NCBI GenBank assembly: GCA_945870025.1
Contig: CAMBQN010000013.1
Span: 5,825 to 69,824, forward strand
From: Akkermansia muciniphila
Lineage (GTDB): Bacteria; Verrucomicrobiota; Kiritimatiellia; RFP12; JAAYNR01
Reading direction: 5' to 3'
Length of the DNA stretch: 64,000 nt
Part shown: positions 36,001-44,007 of the stretch, one piece after another
How the letters are laid out: the number at the start of each line of letters is the position of its first letter
Position numbering within the stretch: the stretch's first letter is position 1
Notes under the pieces: model-generated
Seen by the model: the letters and a program-made list of their open reading frames with translations, nothing else
What the model was told of the DNA's origin: nothing
Database searches by the model: none
Position numbers and translations under genes: made by a program

Positions 36001-37396
36001 CGAGCAGCGCCCCCTTGCGGACGAGGCCGAAGAGCGCCGTCTGAACCCCCAACACGGCCAGGGCGTAAAAGACACCCTTGGGAATGGAAGCCCCCAACAG
36101 GAACAAGAGCCCGCAGCCTCCCAGAAAAACCAGCGTCGGCAGGGTCCATGAAAATACCGGCTGCCCCGGCGCGGCCGGTATCACGCGCGGCGAAGGCAGA
36201 TTGGTAACGGTCAAAATCAGGACCAGCAGGAGACCGATGGCCAGCGCCAGCGGCACGCTGACCCAGGGATCAGACCATCGGTCGCGTTTGGCGAACCCGG
36301 CCAATGCCGAACCGGTCACCACGCCCACCGCCAGAATACCGATCCACAAGTAACGCACCGGATCGAGGCGAGGCGCAAATTCCCCCGACACGCTCAAGGG
36401 ATGCGTGACCATGCCGGCCACAACAAGCAGCAACAGCCCCATCCCGAACAGCGCAGCGGGCACGACGTTGCGGCGGTTGCGCGCCTGCTCGTCTGCGGGT
36501 TCCCGTCGGCGCATGGCCAGCGCCGCGACAAACCCCGCCAGCACCACCGCCAGTCCCGCGATGATCAGCGTTCCGGAAGGCGCCATGACCTTGGCGCCGA
36601 CGAAAGGTTCGAGCTTGGAAAAACCCGGGGTGGGCATCAGCGCACCGAGTTTCAGCACGTGCGCCGTCAGTATCACGGGAAGGCCCACCATCAGAAAATC
36701 TCGGAACATCGCCACATCACGCAGGATGATCACGATCGCCAGCGGAACCGCCGCCAGAAGCAATACCTGATAGTTGGTCAGCCCCAGACCGAAGACAAAC
36801 GCCGTCAGCCACAAGACCGTGTCCGTCGGACGCCGCATCCACCGGTAGGTCAGCAGGAAAATCAGCATCAGGAAGAAGGCGTTGAGGGTGTAGACCTCGA
36901 CGATCGTCGCCTGCGACCACATCACCGGGCTGAAGGCGAAAATCAGACTCGCCGAGACACCGCCCGCCCAGCAGAACCACCCCTCGCGCCGCCCCGTGGC
37001 GGCATGGAGGTCCTGATGGGAGTCCTTGAGGATGTCCGATGCGGAACGCGTGATCAGCATCGCCGTCAGCCCCGTTGCCAGTGCGCCGAAGAACGCCGAT
37101 GCCATCGCGATGCTCCATGCCGGGGTCGGCTGGCCGCGAAACGTCACCCATTCGAAGGCGCGTGCGAAGATAAACGCGCACATCGTCCAGATCGGATACC
37201 CCGGCGGATGGGGCACGCCGAGATAATCGCCCGCGACGGCCAGTTCGCCCGAATCCTCCAGCGTCACCGAAGGTCCCAGCGTGAAAAAAAAGACGGCAAA
37301 GGAGATGAGCGTCGCTGTCCAGAATGCCGCCCAGTCGATCCGGCGGAAAAAGGAACCGCGGTTCAGAAGAAGGTCGGAAGCATCGTCTTTCATCAT
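33074..37396 (-). CDS. DUF2723 (TMEM260-like glycosyltransferase-fold) polytopic membrane protein with C-terminal TPR repeats
   Basis: Signature 'DSGELAVAGDYLGVPHPPGYPIW', more than 20 predicted TM segments, and a TPR-rich C-terminal third. Start is moved to the ATGATG at 37396, because the first 39 codons of the ORF-track model translate the palindromic repeat. Confidence 0.85.
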   Translation of the reverse strand: MMKDDASDLLLNRGSFFRRIDWAAFWTATLISFAVFFFTLGPSVTLEDSGELAVAGDYLGVPHPPGYPIWTMCAFIFARAFEWVTFRGQPTPAWSIAMASAFFGALATGLTAMLITRSASDILKDSHQDLHAATGRREGWFCWAGGVSASLIFAFSPVMWSQATIVEVYTLNAFFLMLIFLLTYRWMRRPTDTVLWLTAFVFGLGLTNYQVLLLAAVPLAIVIILRDVAMFRDFLMVGLPVILTAHVLKLGALMPTPGFSKLEPFVGAKVMAPSGTLIIAGLAVVLAGFVAALAMRRREPADEQARNRRNVVPAALFGMGLLLLVVAGMVTHPLSVSGEFAPRLDPVRYLWIGILAVGVVTGSALAGFAKRDRWSDPWVSVPLALAIGLLLVLILTVTNLPSPRVIPAAPGQPVFSWTLPTLVFLGGCGLLFLLGASIPKGVFYALAVLGVQTALFGLVRKGALLGLTHPTTWWFQAPLWWNFGVLALAWLLLPHGRLVSLTLFFSQLGVSFYVYMPIVSDLRNPPMNWGFPRTWEGFKHAITRGQYEKIAPSAAQLLPQLGSYFTDLRVQFTLLLAPLGFLPFAAWQMRGPAWGRQRGWIVCLTALAGAALIWFISLQSWTPQVLHLSLLPGLPATAIPFGNILRGVALAGLILSITGALAAGVKILHAAIGLFVASIPFVILASIPQIEGIFDITRFDKLLLAGVLMTAAVGGLVLMLSQLDERVMNILRSGNRSEKLTLGVLGGLTLLGVWFGLIRLLSGAAGASLLVVLRSGLLVSLAVALVVVLIWGRRALARKGGLRCAMGEVTQQWIIATVAAFLMMSVLLIVLANPKGDLQDAFIQKVKFVSSHGLFAIWIGYGLVFGLAAFDALLSSVLAGNRTPNPADTTLRPGRRFLSRLVLTAAVAVTLALAAIPVYRNYTDDRLVFEFGGSEQNAHDYGWQFGNYQLRGAAAITEELEATEEPLPNPLFPATMGPDAVFFGGTDPGRFVPTYMIYSARVRPDVFLITQNALADNTYMATMRSLYADQIWIPTTDDSAQSFRIYVDEVNAGKRPRNAELVVENGRVQVSGALGVMEINGILCEMIWRNNNFRHAFYVEESYPIPWMYPYFTPHGLIMKLNNEKASLSADVVTADLDFWDWYWRRLTRDDRFRRDVVAQKSFSKLRGSIGGLYAAHGRTRESEQALQEARILYPPSPEANFKLAQDVLLRQGRTAEALDVIGSLVRLDPNNASANAFRNTIAHYDKTERRLRVLLTEAQQGGAMPLTNTLEIAQCYRDLGNIEQSARVLEHLAGLEGLPWKVMMDVGIQLAEGRKADAAERLLDRLMAQPLPKEFPLDGYVQIARAYDICGHTEKMIVPLTRYLHAQPNEWRVCITLAVAYQKMRMEREALDALRRAQKFGRAQAMQTAYQIPGLRPLVEKLAQQGRGAGALGLPDLPR

Positions 37397-37427
37397 AACA
37401 ATCCTCGGCTCGCGTAACCGTACTAGG

Positions 37428-37559
37428 GAGGCGCTTGCAAAACCTCCGATTTGTGCAAGCGGAGGGTTCAGGGTTCGGGTTTCAGGAGGCGTTACCGGCC
37501 TGAATCCTGTCATCCTGAACCCTGTTTACCGGCGCTTCAAAGGGTTTGGCAAGCGCCTC
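37428..37559. repeat. Complex palindromic intergenic element, copy 2
   Basis: Same termini and orientation as copy 1: gaggcgcttgcaaaacc...tgcaagcggagGgttcagg...ccggcgctt...ggtttggcaagcgcctc. Confidence 0.8.
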
Positions 37560-37625
37560 TAAGGATAAACGAGTCAATACTTTAACCGCATCCGACCCGA
37601 ACGGCAAGCCAAAGCTGTCAGATTG

Positions 37626-37767
37626 CAGCAATTCTAATTATGACAGCCGCTATCGGGATCCAAATCGGGATCGGGACCGATATCGACGAGAAAGCAAGGA
37701 AATCGACCCCGATGGCGATAGCGATTTCGATTTCGACTGTACAGATGTGCCATAATTAGAATTGCTG
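37626..37767. mobile_element. MITE-like element, copy A (17-bp perfect TIR cagcaattctaattatg)
   Basis: TIRs at 37626-37642 and 37751-37767. The interior is made of phased hexamers (atcggg/atttcg). It is near-identical, in reverse complement, to copy B. Confidence 0.8.
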
Positions 37768-38385
37768 GGTCACGGCACGACCGGAAATCTTCAGCCGGCC
37801 GGAGGCGAGGAGCCGCAGGGCTTCGGGGTAGGCTTCGTGCTCGGCGGTCTGGATGCGGGCGTGCAGCGTCGCGGCGGTGTCGCCCGGCTGCACCGGGACG
37901 GCGCGCTGGACGATGATCGGGCCGGTATCGGTGCCTTCGTCCACAAAATGAACGGTGCATCCGGTGACGGTGACGCCATAGGCCAGCGCCTGCTCCCAGG
38001 CCTTGAGTCCGGGAAAAGAGGGGAGCAGTGCCGGATGGATGTTCAGCACGCGGCCGCCGAACGCCTGCAACAGGCCGCGCTTGACAATTCGCATAAAGCC
38101 CGCCAGAACGACCGTGTCGACGCCCTGCTCGCGCAACACCGCGATGTAACGCGCCTCGGCGTCGCCATCGAGCTTGGTTTTGTAGGGCGCAGGGTCGACG
38201 TAAAACGACGGTACGCCGTGCCGTCGGCCCCGTTCCAGAATGCCCGCGTCCGGCACGTCGGCAATCACGCACACGACCCGCGCGTCAAGCGTTCCCGCCT
38301 TCACGGCGTCGAGGATCGCCTGCATGTTGCTTCCCGATCCCGATCCCAGCACACCGATTTTCATCTGCTTCGTTTCGCTATTCAT
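37756..38385 (-). CDS. purN: Phosphoribosylglycinamide formyltransferase PurN
   Basis: 'IGVLGSGSGSN', 'VLAGFMRI', 'LNIHPALLPSFPG', 'GCTVHFVDEGTDTGPII'. The start is ATG 38385 or 38364. The last three codons and the TAA stop lie inside the MITE TIR. Confidence 0.9.
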   Translation of the reverse strand: MNSETKQMKIGVLGSGSGSNMQAILDAVKAGTLDARVVCVIADVPDAGILERGRRHGVPSFYVDPAPYKTKLDGDAEARYIAVLREQGVDTVVLAGFMRIVKRGLLQAFGGRVLNIHPALLPSFPGLKAWEQALAYGVTVTGCTVHFVDEGTDTGPIIVQRAVPVQPGDTAATLHARIQTAEHEAYPEALRLLASGRLKISGRAVTQQF

Positions 38386-38510
38386 GCGCCCATCATAGCA
38401 CCTCACCGCCACCCGCTTCCAACGCTTTTTTTGCAACGGGCGTAATGGGGCAGGGAGCGGGGGTGTGAGAAAAAGGGGGTGTGTGGGTGAGTGAGTTGAC
38501 GCTGCTTGCT

Positions 38511-38939
38511 CCCGGCCTCGCCCAGATCGAGGTAGCCCCAGGCGTTCTCGCCGAAGACGTGGCAGACCCGGACCTTGCCCGCGCTCTTGCGAACGCGCAG
38601 CTCCCCGCCCGCGCCGGGCAGGTGACACCGGTAGGGGGCGGACTGCACCTTGAAGAGCACCCCGGCGTAGTCAATCGTGTCGCCCGCCGACAGCACCCGC
38701 TGCTTGCTGTCCTTGAACGCCTCCACCCGGTCGCCGAAGCGGCTGTCGCCCAGCGCCAGTTGCTGGATGCCCGCCGAGTCGATCACGCACGCATACCGGT
38801 CCTTGATCATCGGCACGTTGGCGTTGCGCAGCAGCGCCACCGCGCGCAGGATGTCCGGCAGGCTGATGAAGTCTTCGGCCTGCATGCCGCTGAACGCCGC
38901 CTTGCCGCCGGCATAGATCGAGCGGAATAGGCATGTTGG
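38511..38939 (-). pseudogene. Fragment of an HK97-fold phage major capsid protein (N4-gp56-like by my recollection)
   Basis: 'ILRAVALLRNANVPMIKDRYACVIDSAGIQQL', 'DYAGVLFKVQS' and 'VCHVFGENAWGYLDLGEAG' follow the pattern of the middle to C-terminal part of this capsid family. The N-terminal half and extreme C-terminus are missing. The frame is open straight from the upstream TAA. Confidence 0.5.
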
Positions 38940-39296
38940 TTACCCCTGTTTCTGGATTTCCTTTGCCAGCCAATCCTCGGCCGTCACGGCGGTCTTCGCC
39001 GGAGGCATCGAACTGGATGGCGTCTTGGCGGCCTGACCGAGCAACCCGTTCAGGCGCGTGATCTCACTTTTTAAAGTCTCTTTCTCCGCCTTCAGCGCCG
39101 CGGCCGGGTCCACCGGCGGCGCCGGCGGTGCCGGCGGCGTAACAGGTGGCGCTGCAGGCGGTGTGGCAGGTGGTGCGGGCGGTGTCACGGGCGGCGTGAC
39201 AGGCGGCGTCACGGGCGGTGTCACGGGCGGCGTCACGGGCGGTGCGGGCGGTGTCGCAGGTGGCGTCACCGAGTCAGTTGTCACAGGGTCGCTCAT
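38940..39296 (-). CDS. Pro/Thr-repeat plus coiled-coil protein (phage scaffold/delta-domain-like), possibly a relic
   Basis: (VTPP)n repeats followed by 'LKAEKETLKSEITRLNGLL'. It is in the same frame as the downstream capsid fragment, separated by one TAA. Confidence 0.5.
   Translation of the reverse strand: MSDPVTTDSVTPPATPPAPPVTPPVTPPVTPPVTPPVTPPAPPATPPAAPPVTPPAPPAPPVDPAAALKAEKETLKSEITRLNGLLGQAAKTPSSSMPPAKTAVTAEDWLAKEIQKQG
39178..39237. repeat. 12-bp tandem repeat x5 (ggcggYgtSacRg) encoding (VTPP)n
   Basis: Five consecutive near-identical 12-mers inside the Pro/Thr-rich ORF. Confidence 0.85.
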
Positions 39297-39379
39297 AGCT
39301 CATTCCTTTCATCGGGTCGGTTCGTTCGGGATCACATGCCACCCGGGATTATTTAATTTGGAAATCAGGAACTTTTCTA

Positions 39380-39408
39380 TTGAACGCCGCCGACCACTAT
39401 GGTATAAA
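39380..39408 (+). promoter_or_regulatory. Sigma70-like promoter for rpmI-rplT
   Basis: TTGAAC (39380-85), 17 nt, then TATAAA (39403-08). This leaves a ~135-nt leader before rpmI. Confidence 0.45.
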
Positions 39409-39550
39409 GAACACCCATTTTGCTATCCAGTGAAGTGGAACGGGCGGCCACCTCCGTCCAGGGCTTTCAGGCTGACTGCCCTGTCGGTTGATGTTTGGCT
39501 GCCTGAAACGTGTCCGGCGCGCCGCGCCGCAGACAAAGAGGTATGACGTC

Positions 39551-39754
39551 ATGCCCAAAATGAAAACCAAGAAAGCCGCGACGAAGCGGTTTAAAATGTC
39601 GGCCACGGGCAAGGTGTTGCAGAGTCAGGGGGGCAAGTCCCACCTGAACGCCTGCAAATCGCGCAAACGCAAGCGCAATCTCCGTGGCATGTGTGTGCTC
39701 AGTGAGGCGGACCAACCGCGCATCAAACGCATGTTGTCGAATTACAAAGGCTGA
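39551..39754 (+). CDS. rpmI: 50S ribosomal protein L35
   Basis: 'MPKMKTKKAATKRFKMSATGKV' is a canonical L35 N-terminus. The true start is ATG 39551, not 39488. Confidence 0.93.
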   Translation: MPKMKTKKAATKRFKMSATGKVLQSQGGKSHLNACKSRKRKRNLRGMCVLSEADQPRIKRMLSNYKG

Positions 39755-39770
39755 AAAAGGAGAGTAGCCC

Positions 39771-40127
39771 ATGCCCAGAGTTACCAATGCCCCGGCGTCG
39801 CGCGAGCGTCGTCGTCGTCGCTTAGACCTCGCGAAGGGTTTTCGCGGGTCACGCAGCAAGCTTTTCCGTCAGGCGACCGAGGCGGTTGACCGGTCCCAGC
39901 GGCTGGCCACTGTCCACCGCAAGCAGCGCAAGCGGGACTTCCGTCATCTGTGGATCGCCCGTGTCAACGCGGCGGCCCGCGCCAATGGCATCACCTACAG
40001 TCGGCTGATCGAAGGTCTGACCAAGGCCAATATCACGGTGAACCGCAAGATGCTGGCCGAGATCGCCATCCACGATATAGAGGGATTCAAGGCGATCATC
40101 GAGAAGGCGCGCGCGGCGCTGGCCTGA
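39771..40127 (+). CDS. rplT: 50S ribosomal protein L20
   Basis: 'MPRVTNAPASRERRRRRLDLAKGFRGSRSKLFR...RDFRHLWIARVNAAAR'. Confidence 0.95.
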   Translation: MPRVTNAPASRERRRRRLDLAKGFRGSRSKLFRQATEAVDRSQRLATVHRKQRKRDFRHLWIARVNAAARANGITYSRLIEGLTKANITVNRKMLAEIAIHDIEGFKAIIEKARAALA

Positions 40128-40148
40128 GTTTCGCGGACCCGAACAAGA

Positions 40149-40198
40149 ACACGCCCCGGATGCAAAACAGGTTTTTGCGGACGGGGCGTTTTGTTTTC
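40149..40198 (+). terminator. Rho-independent terminator (shared by convergent rplT and the TPR-like lipoprotein gene)
   Basis: Stem acgccccg (40151-58) pairs with cggggcgt (40182-89), with an inner gcaaaa/ttttgc helix, followed by TTTGTTTTC. Confidence 0.6.
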
Positions 40199-40217
40199 TG
40201 TAGCGCGCACCGTGTCG

Positions 40218-41804
40218 TTAGTCGAGCAGGTTTCCGGCTTCCTTGCGGATAATGTCGCGGGACTCGGCGGCGGTGACGCTTTCAAGCGCCTTCTTGTAAT
40301 AGGCGGCCGCTTCGACCCGGGCGGCAGCAGCGGCATCCGCATCGGGGATGCCGGCTAGGATTTCGGCGATGCGCAGGGCGTTGCGCCCGCGAAGCATGTC
40401 CGGGGTATGCTGAATACCGGTCGTGGGGTCGTAGGTCTCGGCTTCGGCAAGGTCCCCGAGGCAGCCCATGAACAGGCGGAACTGCTCGACGGCTTCGCGC
40501 GGCTTGTTGTTTTTGAGGGCCCGGTGCGCCTTGACCTTGCACCGCGCCATCGTGTGCCAGACCGCGTTGCGGCCGGGAACGCCGGCCTCCAGATACGATT
40601 CGGCGAGATCGTAGTCCTCTAGGACGAAGGCGCCGTCGAGCCGCATGGACTTGATCATCTTGACGGTCTCTTCGTCAGCGCCGACGAGGAGCTGGTTCGC
40701 GATGGGGAGGAGCTGCTTGAGCACCGCCGTCTCGTCGATCAGATCGTAGAAAAAGCGGGTCAGAAGGGGGCTCACGACGGGAGGCGGGATTTTGGCGTCC
40801 AGCAGGGCGGCGAGCCGCTGAGGCAGGGCTGCGCGGTTGGTCACCATGGCCGATTCAGCCCAGAGGCGGGCGGCTTGGGAGACGGTGGCGGTTTTTCCGC
40901 CTTGTCGGAAGATCACCTCTTCGGCGCATGCGTCCACGACGTCAAACCGTCCCGCACTGCGGGCCGCCGGGAGGATTTGGGACATCAGGTTCTGCAGCGC
41001 GGCATCGGGGAGAGCAGCAGCGGCGGTTTTGAATAGGTCCCGCGCTGCGTCCCACTGGGCACGACCTGCGGCCATCCGGACCGAGCAGGTCAGGAGCAGG
41101 TGCTTCCGACTCTCGCGTCCGCCCGCCGCCGCTGTGGCCTGCGCGTGGATGGCTTCGAGATATTCCCACCGGCTGGCAGCGAGGAGTTGTTCGAACGCGC
41201 GGGCCAGTGCCGCATCGGCCGCATCGGCGGGAAAGGCGGCGAGAATCACGGACAGGGCATCGGTTGCCTGCTCCCGATCGGGCAGGCCGAGAGCGGTGAA
41301 GAAACGCCACTCGGTCGCCTGCCGGACTAGCTCCGCATCGACCCGGGGGAGGGACGCGACCGAGGATGCGAATGCAAAGGCCGCAGCCGCGCCTTCTTTA
41401 TCGGTCAGGTAGGGAAGCAGCAACTGGAGTCCGACCCGTCCGCAGGCGACGGGACCGTTGGTGCAGGCCGCCAGCACGCGGTCGCGAACCGGGTCGGTGT
41501 GCCCGGCGAAAAGCCGGATGCGGATCGCTTCAAAAAAGATACGGTCGGCCCACGGCGCATAACGGGGATTTTCGAGCAGGGCGTCGAAGACGAGCACCGC
41601 CTCGTTGGTCTGACCGTTCGAAAACAGTTCGTTGGCCTGCTGATAGGACGCTTCCATCGCCTGCCGGAGTTCCTGCTCGATCAGGGCCTGATCGGGTCCG
41701 TGAGCCCCGGACGTGGAGTCGGCTCCCCGCCTACACCCGCACGTCAACACAAGGGTCGCGGCGACCAGCCCCATCGATAACGACACACCTATACGTTTGA
41801 ACAT
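40218..41804 (-). CDS. Helical-repeat (TPR-like) lipoprotein, function unknown
   Basis: Lipobox 'LVLTCGC'. The protein is all-alpha and Ala/Leu-rich with TPR-like periodicity. Confidence 0.65.
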   Translation of the reverse strand: MFKRIGVSLSMGLVAATLVLTCGCRRGADSTSGAHGPDQALIEQELRQAMEASYQQANELFSNGQTNEAVLVFDALLENPRYAPWADRIFFEAIRIRLFAGHTDPVRDRVLAACTNGPVACGRVGLQLLLPYLTDKEGAAAAFAFASSVASLPRVDAELVRQATEWRFFTALGLPDREQATDALSVILAAFPADAADAALARAFEQLLAASRWEYLEAIHAQATAAAGGRESRKHLLLTCSVRMAAGRAQWDAARDLFKTAAAALPDAALQNLMSQILPAARSAGRFDVVDACAEEVIFRQGGKTATVSQAARLWAESAMVTNRAALPQRLAALLDAKIPPPVVSPLLTRFFYDLIDETAVLKQLLPIANQLLVGADEETVKMIKSMRLDGAFVLEDYDLAESYLEAGVPGRNAVWHTMARCKVKAHRALKNNKPREAVEQFRLFMGCLGDLAEAETYDPTTGIQHTPDMLRGRNALRIAEILAGIPDADAAAAARVEAAAYYKKALESVTAAESRDIIRKEAGNLLD

Positions 41805-41886
41805 GCCTGAACCTCCACACTCACCCTGAGCCGATCGGATGTCCGCTCGGGCATCGTCGGAAACGAGTTATAAAACGGTGGCGTTC

Positions 41887-41915
41887 ATTGTAGTGAAACC
41901 CCCGCAGTAGGGCAA
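41887..41915 (-). promoter_or_regulatory. Sigma70-like promoter for the TPR-like lipoprotein gene
   Basis: On the minus strand: TTGCCC, 17 nt, then TACAAT. It lies immediately next to MITE copy B. Confidence 0.4.
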
Positions 41916-41925
41916 GCGGTACCTT

Positions 41926-42068
41926 TGCAGCAATTCTAATTATGGCACATCTGTACAGTCGAAATCGAAATCGCTGTCGCTATCGGGGTCGAATTCCTTG
42001 CTTTCTCGTCGATTTCGGTCCCGATCCCGATTTGGATCCCGATAGCGGCTGCCATAATTAGAATTGCG
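41926..42068. mobile_element. MITE-like element, copy B, flanked by 8-bp direct repeat GGTACCTT
   Basis: tgcagcaattctaattatg ... cataattagaattgcg. GGTACCTT occurs at 41918-41925 and 42069-42076. The interior is the reverse complement of copy A with only a few mismatches. Confidence 0.85.
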
Positions 42069-42212
42069 GGTACCTTGGTAAACTACTTTCTTTCTCTTTT
42101 CCTCCCGCTCTCACTTTTTTGTCTTACTCCCTGTCCTGGACGGCAGCGTCTTTTCTGTTTCCGTCTTGCGTCAGCCGTGCTATAGTACCTACTTTTTACA
42201 GGGGAGCACTCT

Positions 42213-43994
42213 ATGCATATCTATCGTACGCACACCTGCAATGAACTGCGCGAAACACACGCGGGACAGGTCGTCAGACTGTCCGGCTGGGTCTTCCGGA
42301 AGCGCGATCATGGCGGGATTCTGTTCATCGACCTGCGCGACCATTACGGGCTGACGCAGATCGTGGTTCACCCCAGCCGGACGTTTTTTGACGAGCTGAC
42401 CAAGCTGCGTCTGGAGAGTGTGATCATCGTGGAGGGAATCGTGACGCGGCGCGAGCCGACGACCGTCAACCCGGATTTGCCGAGCGGCGCGGTCGAGGTT
42501 GTGGCCGACGTCTGCACCGTCGAATCGGCCGCCGAGCAGACCCCCATCTATCTGGCGGGGGACGAGGATTGCGCCGAGGAGCTGCGGCTGAAGTACCGTT
42601 TTCTCGATCTGCGCCGGGAGTCGCTCCATGCCAACATCGTGCTCCGCTCGCGGGTGGTCGCGCACCTGCGCCGGATGATGACGGACAAGGGCTTCAACGA
42701 GTACCAAACGCCGATCCTCACCTGCAGTTCGCCCGAAGGCGCGCGTGACTACCTGGTGCCCAGCCGCATCCACCCGGGAAAATTCTACGCCCTGCCGCAG
42801 GCCCCGCAGCTCTTCAAGCAGCTTCTCATGGTCGCCGGTTTCGACCGCTACTTCCAGATCGCGCCGTGCTTCCGCGACGAAGACGCGCGTGCCGACCGCT
42901 CGCCCGGCGAGTTCTACCAGCTCGATATGGAGATGTCGTACGTCACCCAGGACGATATTTTCGCCGTGGTCGAGGATGTCCTCCACAGCACCTTCACCAC
43001 CTTTTCCAAGAAACGGGTTGACGCGACGCCCTGGCGGCGAATCCCGTACCGCGAGGCGATGCTCAAGTACGGCAGCGACAAGCCCGACCTCCGCATCCCC
43101 ATCGAGATGGTCGACGTCTCGGCGATCTTCCGGGATTCCGGATTCAACGCCTTCGCGGCGGCGGTGAAGGGCGGCGCGGCCGTCCGGGCGATTCCCGTGA
43201 AGGGGATCAAGGACAAGCCCCGCAGCTTCTTCGACAAGCTGCTCGAACATGCCAAGGGGATCGGTTCCAAGGGGCTGGCCTATCTGATTTGGGACGGCGA
43301 TGCGGTCAAGGGGCCGATTCAGAAGTTTCTCACGCCCGCTGAGCTGGCGGCGCTCGCGGCGGCGGGAGGCATGGCGGATGGCGACGTGACGTTCTTCGTG
43401 TGCGACGAGCCGGAGAAGGCGGCGAAAATCGGCGGCGATATCCGGGCCAAGCTCGGACGTGATCTCGGACTGATCGATCCCAACGTCTTCAATTTCTGCT
43501 GGATCGTCGACTTCCCGATGTTCGAGAAGGACCCCGAGACCGGCGCGACGGCGTTTTCACACAATCCGTTTTCGATGCCGCAAGGCGGGATGGAGGCGTT
43601 GGAGACCCGGAATCCGCTCGATATTCTCGCCTACCAGTACGACGTGGTGTGCAACGGCATCGAGCTTTCCAGCGGCGCAATCCGCAACCACCGTCCCGAC
43701 ATCATGTACAAGGCGTTCGCGCTCGCGGGGTACGGCCCCGAGGTTGTGGAGAGCAAATTCGGGTGCCTGCTCAATGCCTTCAAGTACGGCGCGCCTCCCC
43801 ATGGCGGCATTGCCCCCGGTGTTGATCGCATGGTGATGCTGCTGGCCGGCGCGGACAACATTCGCGAGGTGATCGCGTTCCCGATGAACCAGAAGGCGCA
43901 GGACCTGATGATGAACGCGCCGTCGGACGTGACGGAGAAGCAGCTCCGCGAGCTGCACATCCGGCTTCGTGAGCAGAAGCCGCAGGGGACGTGA
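42213..43994 (+). CDS. aspS: Aspartate--tRNA ligase
   Basis: 'RTHTCNELR...[22 protein letters not shown]', '[16 protein letters not shown]', '[10 protein letters not shown]', '[14 protein letters not shown]'. Confidence 0.95.
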   Translation: MHIYRTHTCNELRETHAGQVVRLSGWVFRKRDHGGILFIDLRDHYGLTQIVVHPSRTFFDELTKLRLESVIIVEGIVTRREPTTVNPDLPSGAVEVVADVCTVESAAEQTPIYLAGDEDCAEELRLKYRFLDLRRESLHANIVLRSRVVAHLRRMMTDKGFNEYQTPILTCSSPEGARDYLVPSRIHPGKFYALPQAPQLFKQLLMVAGFDRYFQIAPCFRDEDARADRSPGEFYQLDMEMSYVTQDDIFAVVEDVLHSTFTTFSKKRVDATPWRRIPYREAMLKYGSDKPDLRIPIEMVDVSAIFRDSGFNAFAAAVKGGAAVRAIPVKGIKDKPRSFFDKLLEHAKGIGSKGLAYLIWDGDAVKGPIQKFLTPAELAALAAAGGMADGDVTFFVCDEPEKAAKIGGDIRAKLGRDLGLIDPNVFNFCWIVDFPMFEKDPETGATAFSHNPFSMPQGGMEALETRNPLDILAYQYDVVCNGIELSSGAIRNHRPDIMYKAFALAGYGPEVVESKFGCLLNAFKYGAPPHGGIAPGVDRMVMLLAGADNIREVIAFPMNQKAQDLMMNAPSDVTEKQLRELHIRLREQKPQGT

Positions 43995-44007
43995 CGGAGG
44001 GTGTGGC

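Noticed and set aside
37397-37513. The N-terminal 39 codons of the ORF-track model 33074..37513. The 5' extensions of ORFs 47541..50075, 7672..8772, 39488..39754, 14176..21141 and 29226..30326 were considered with it.
   Set aside because: The extensions translate repeat DNA or overlap the preceding gene. Internal starts with RBS-like sequences or ATGA/GTGA coupling give proteins that begin where homologous families begin.
37546-37755. A 69-aa ORF encoding an acidic 'DPNRDRDRY...DPDGDSDFDFD' peptide. The similar 'DPDPGPDFDFEKEK' tail of ORF 10017..10367 was considered with it.
   Set aside because: The sequence is simply the translation of the MITE-like element and its flank. The same DNA occurs in the opposite orientation at 41.9 kb, there is no RBS, and the composition is driven by the hexamer repeats.
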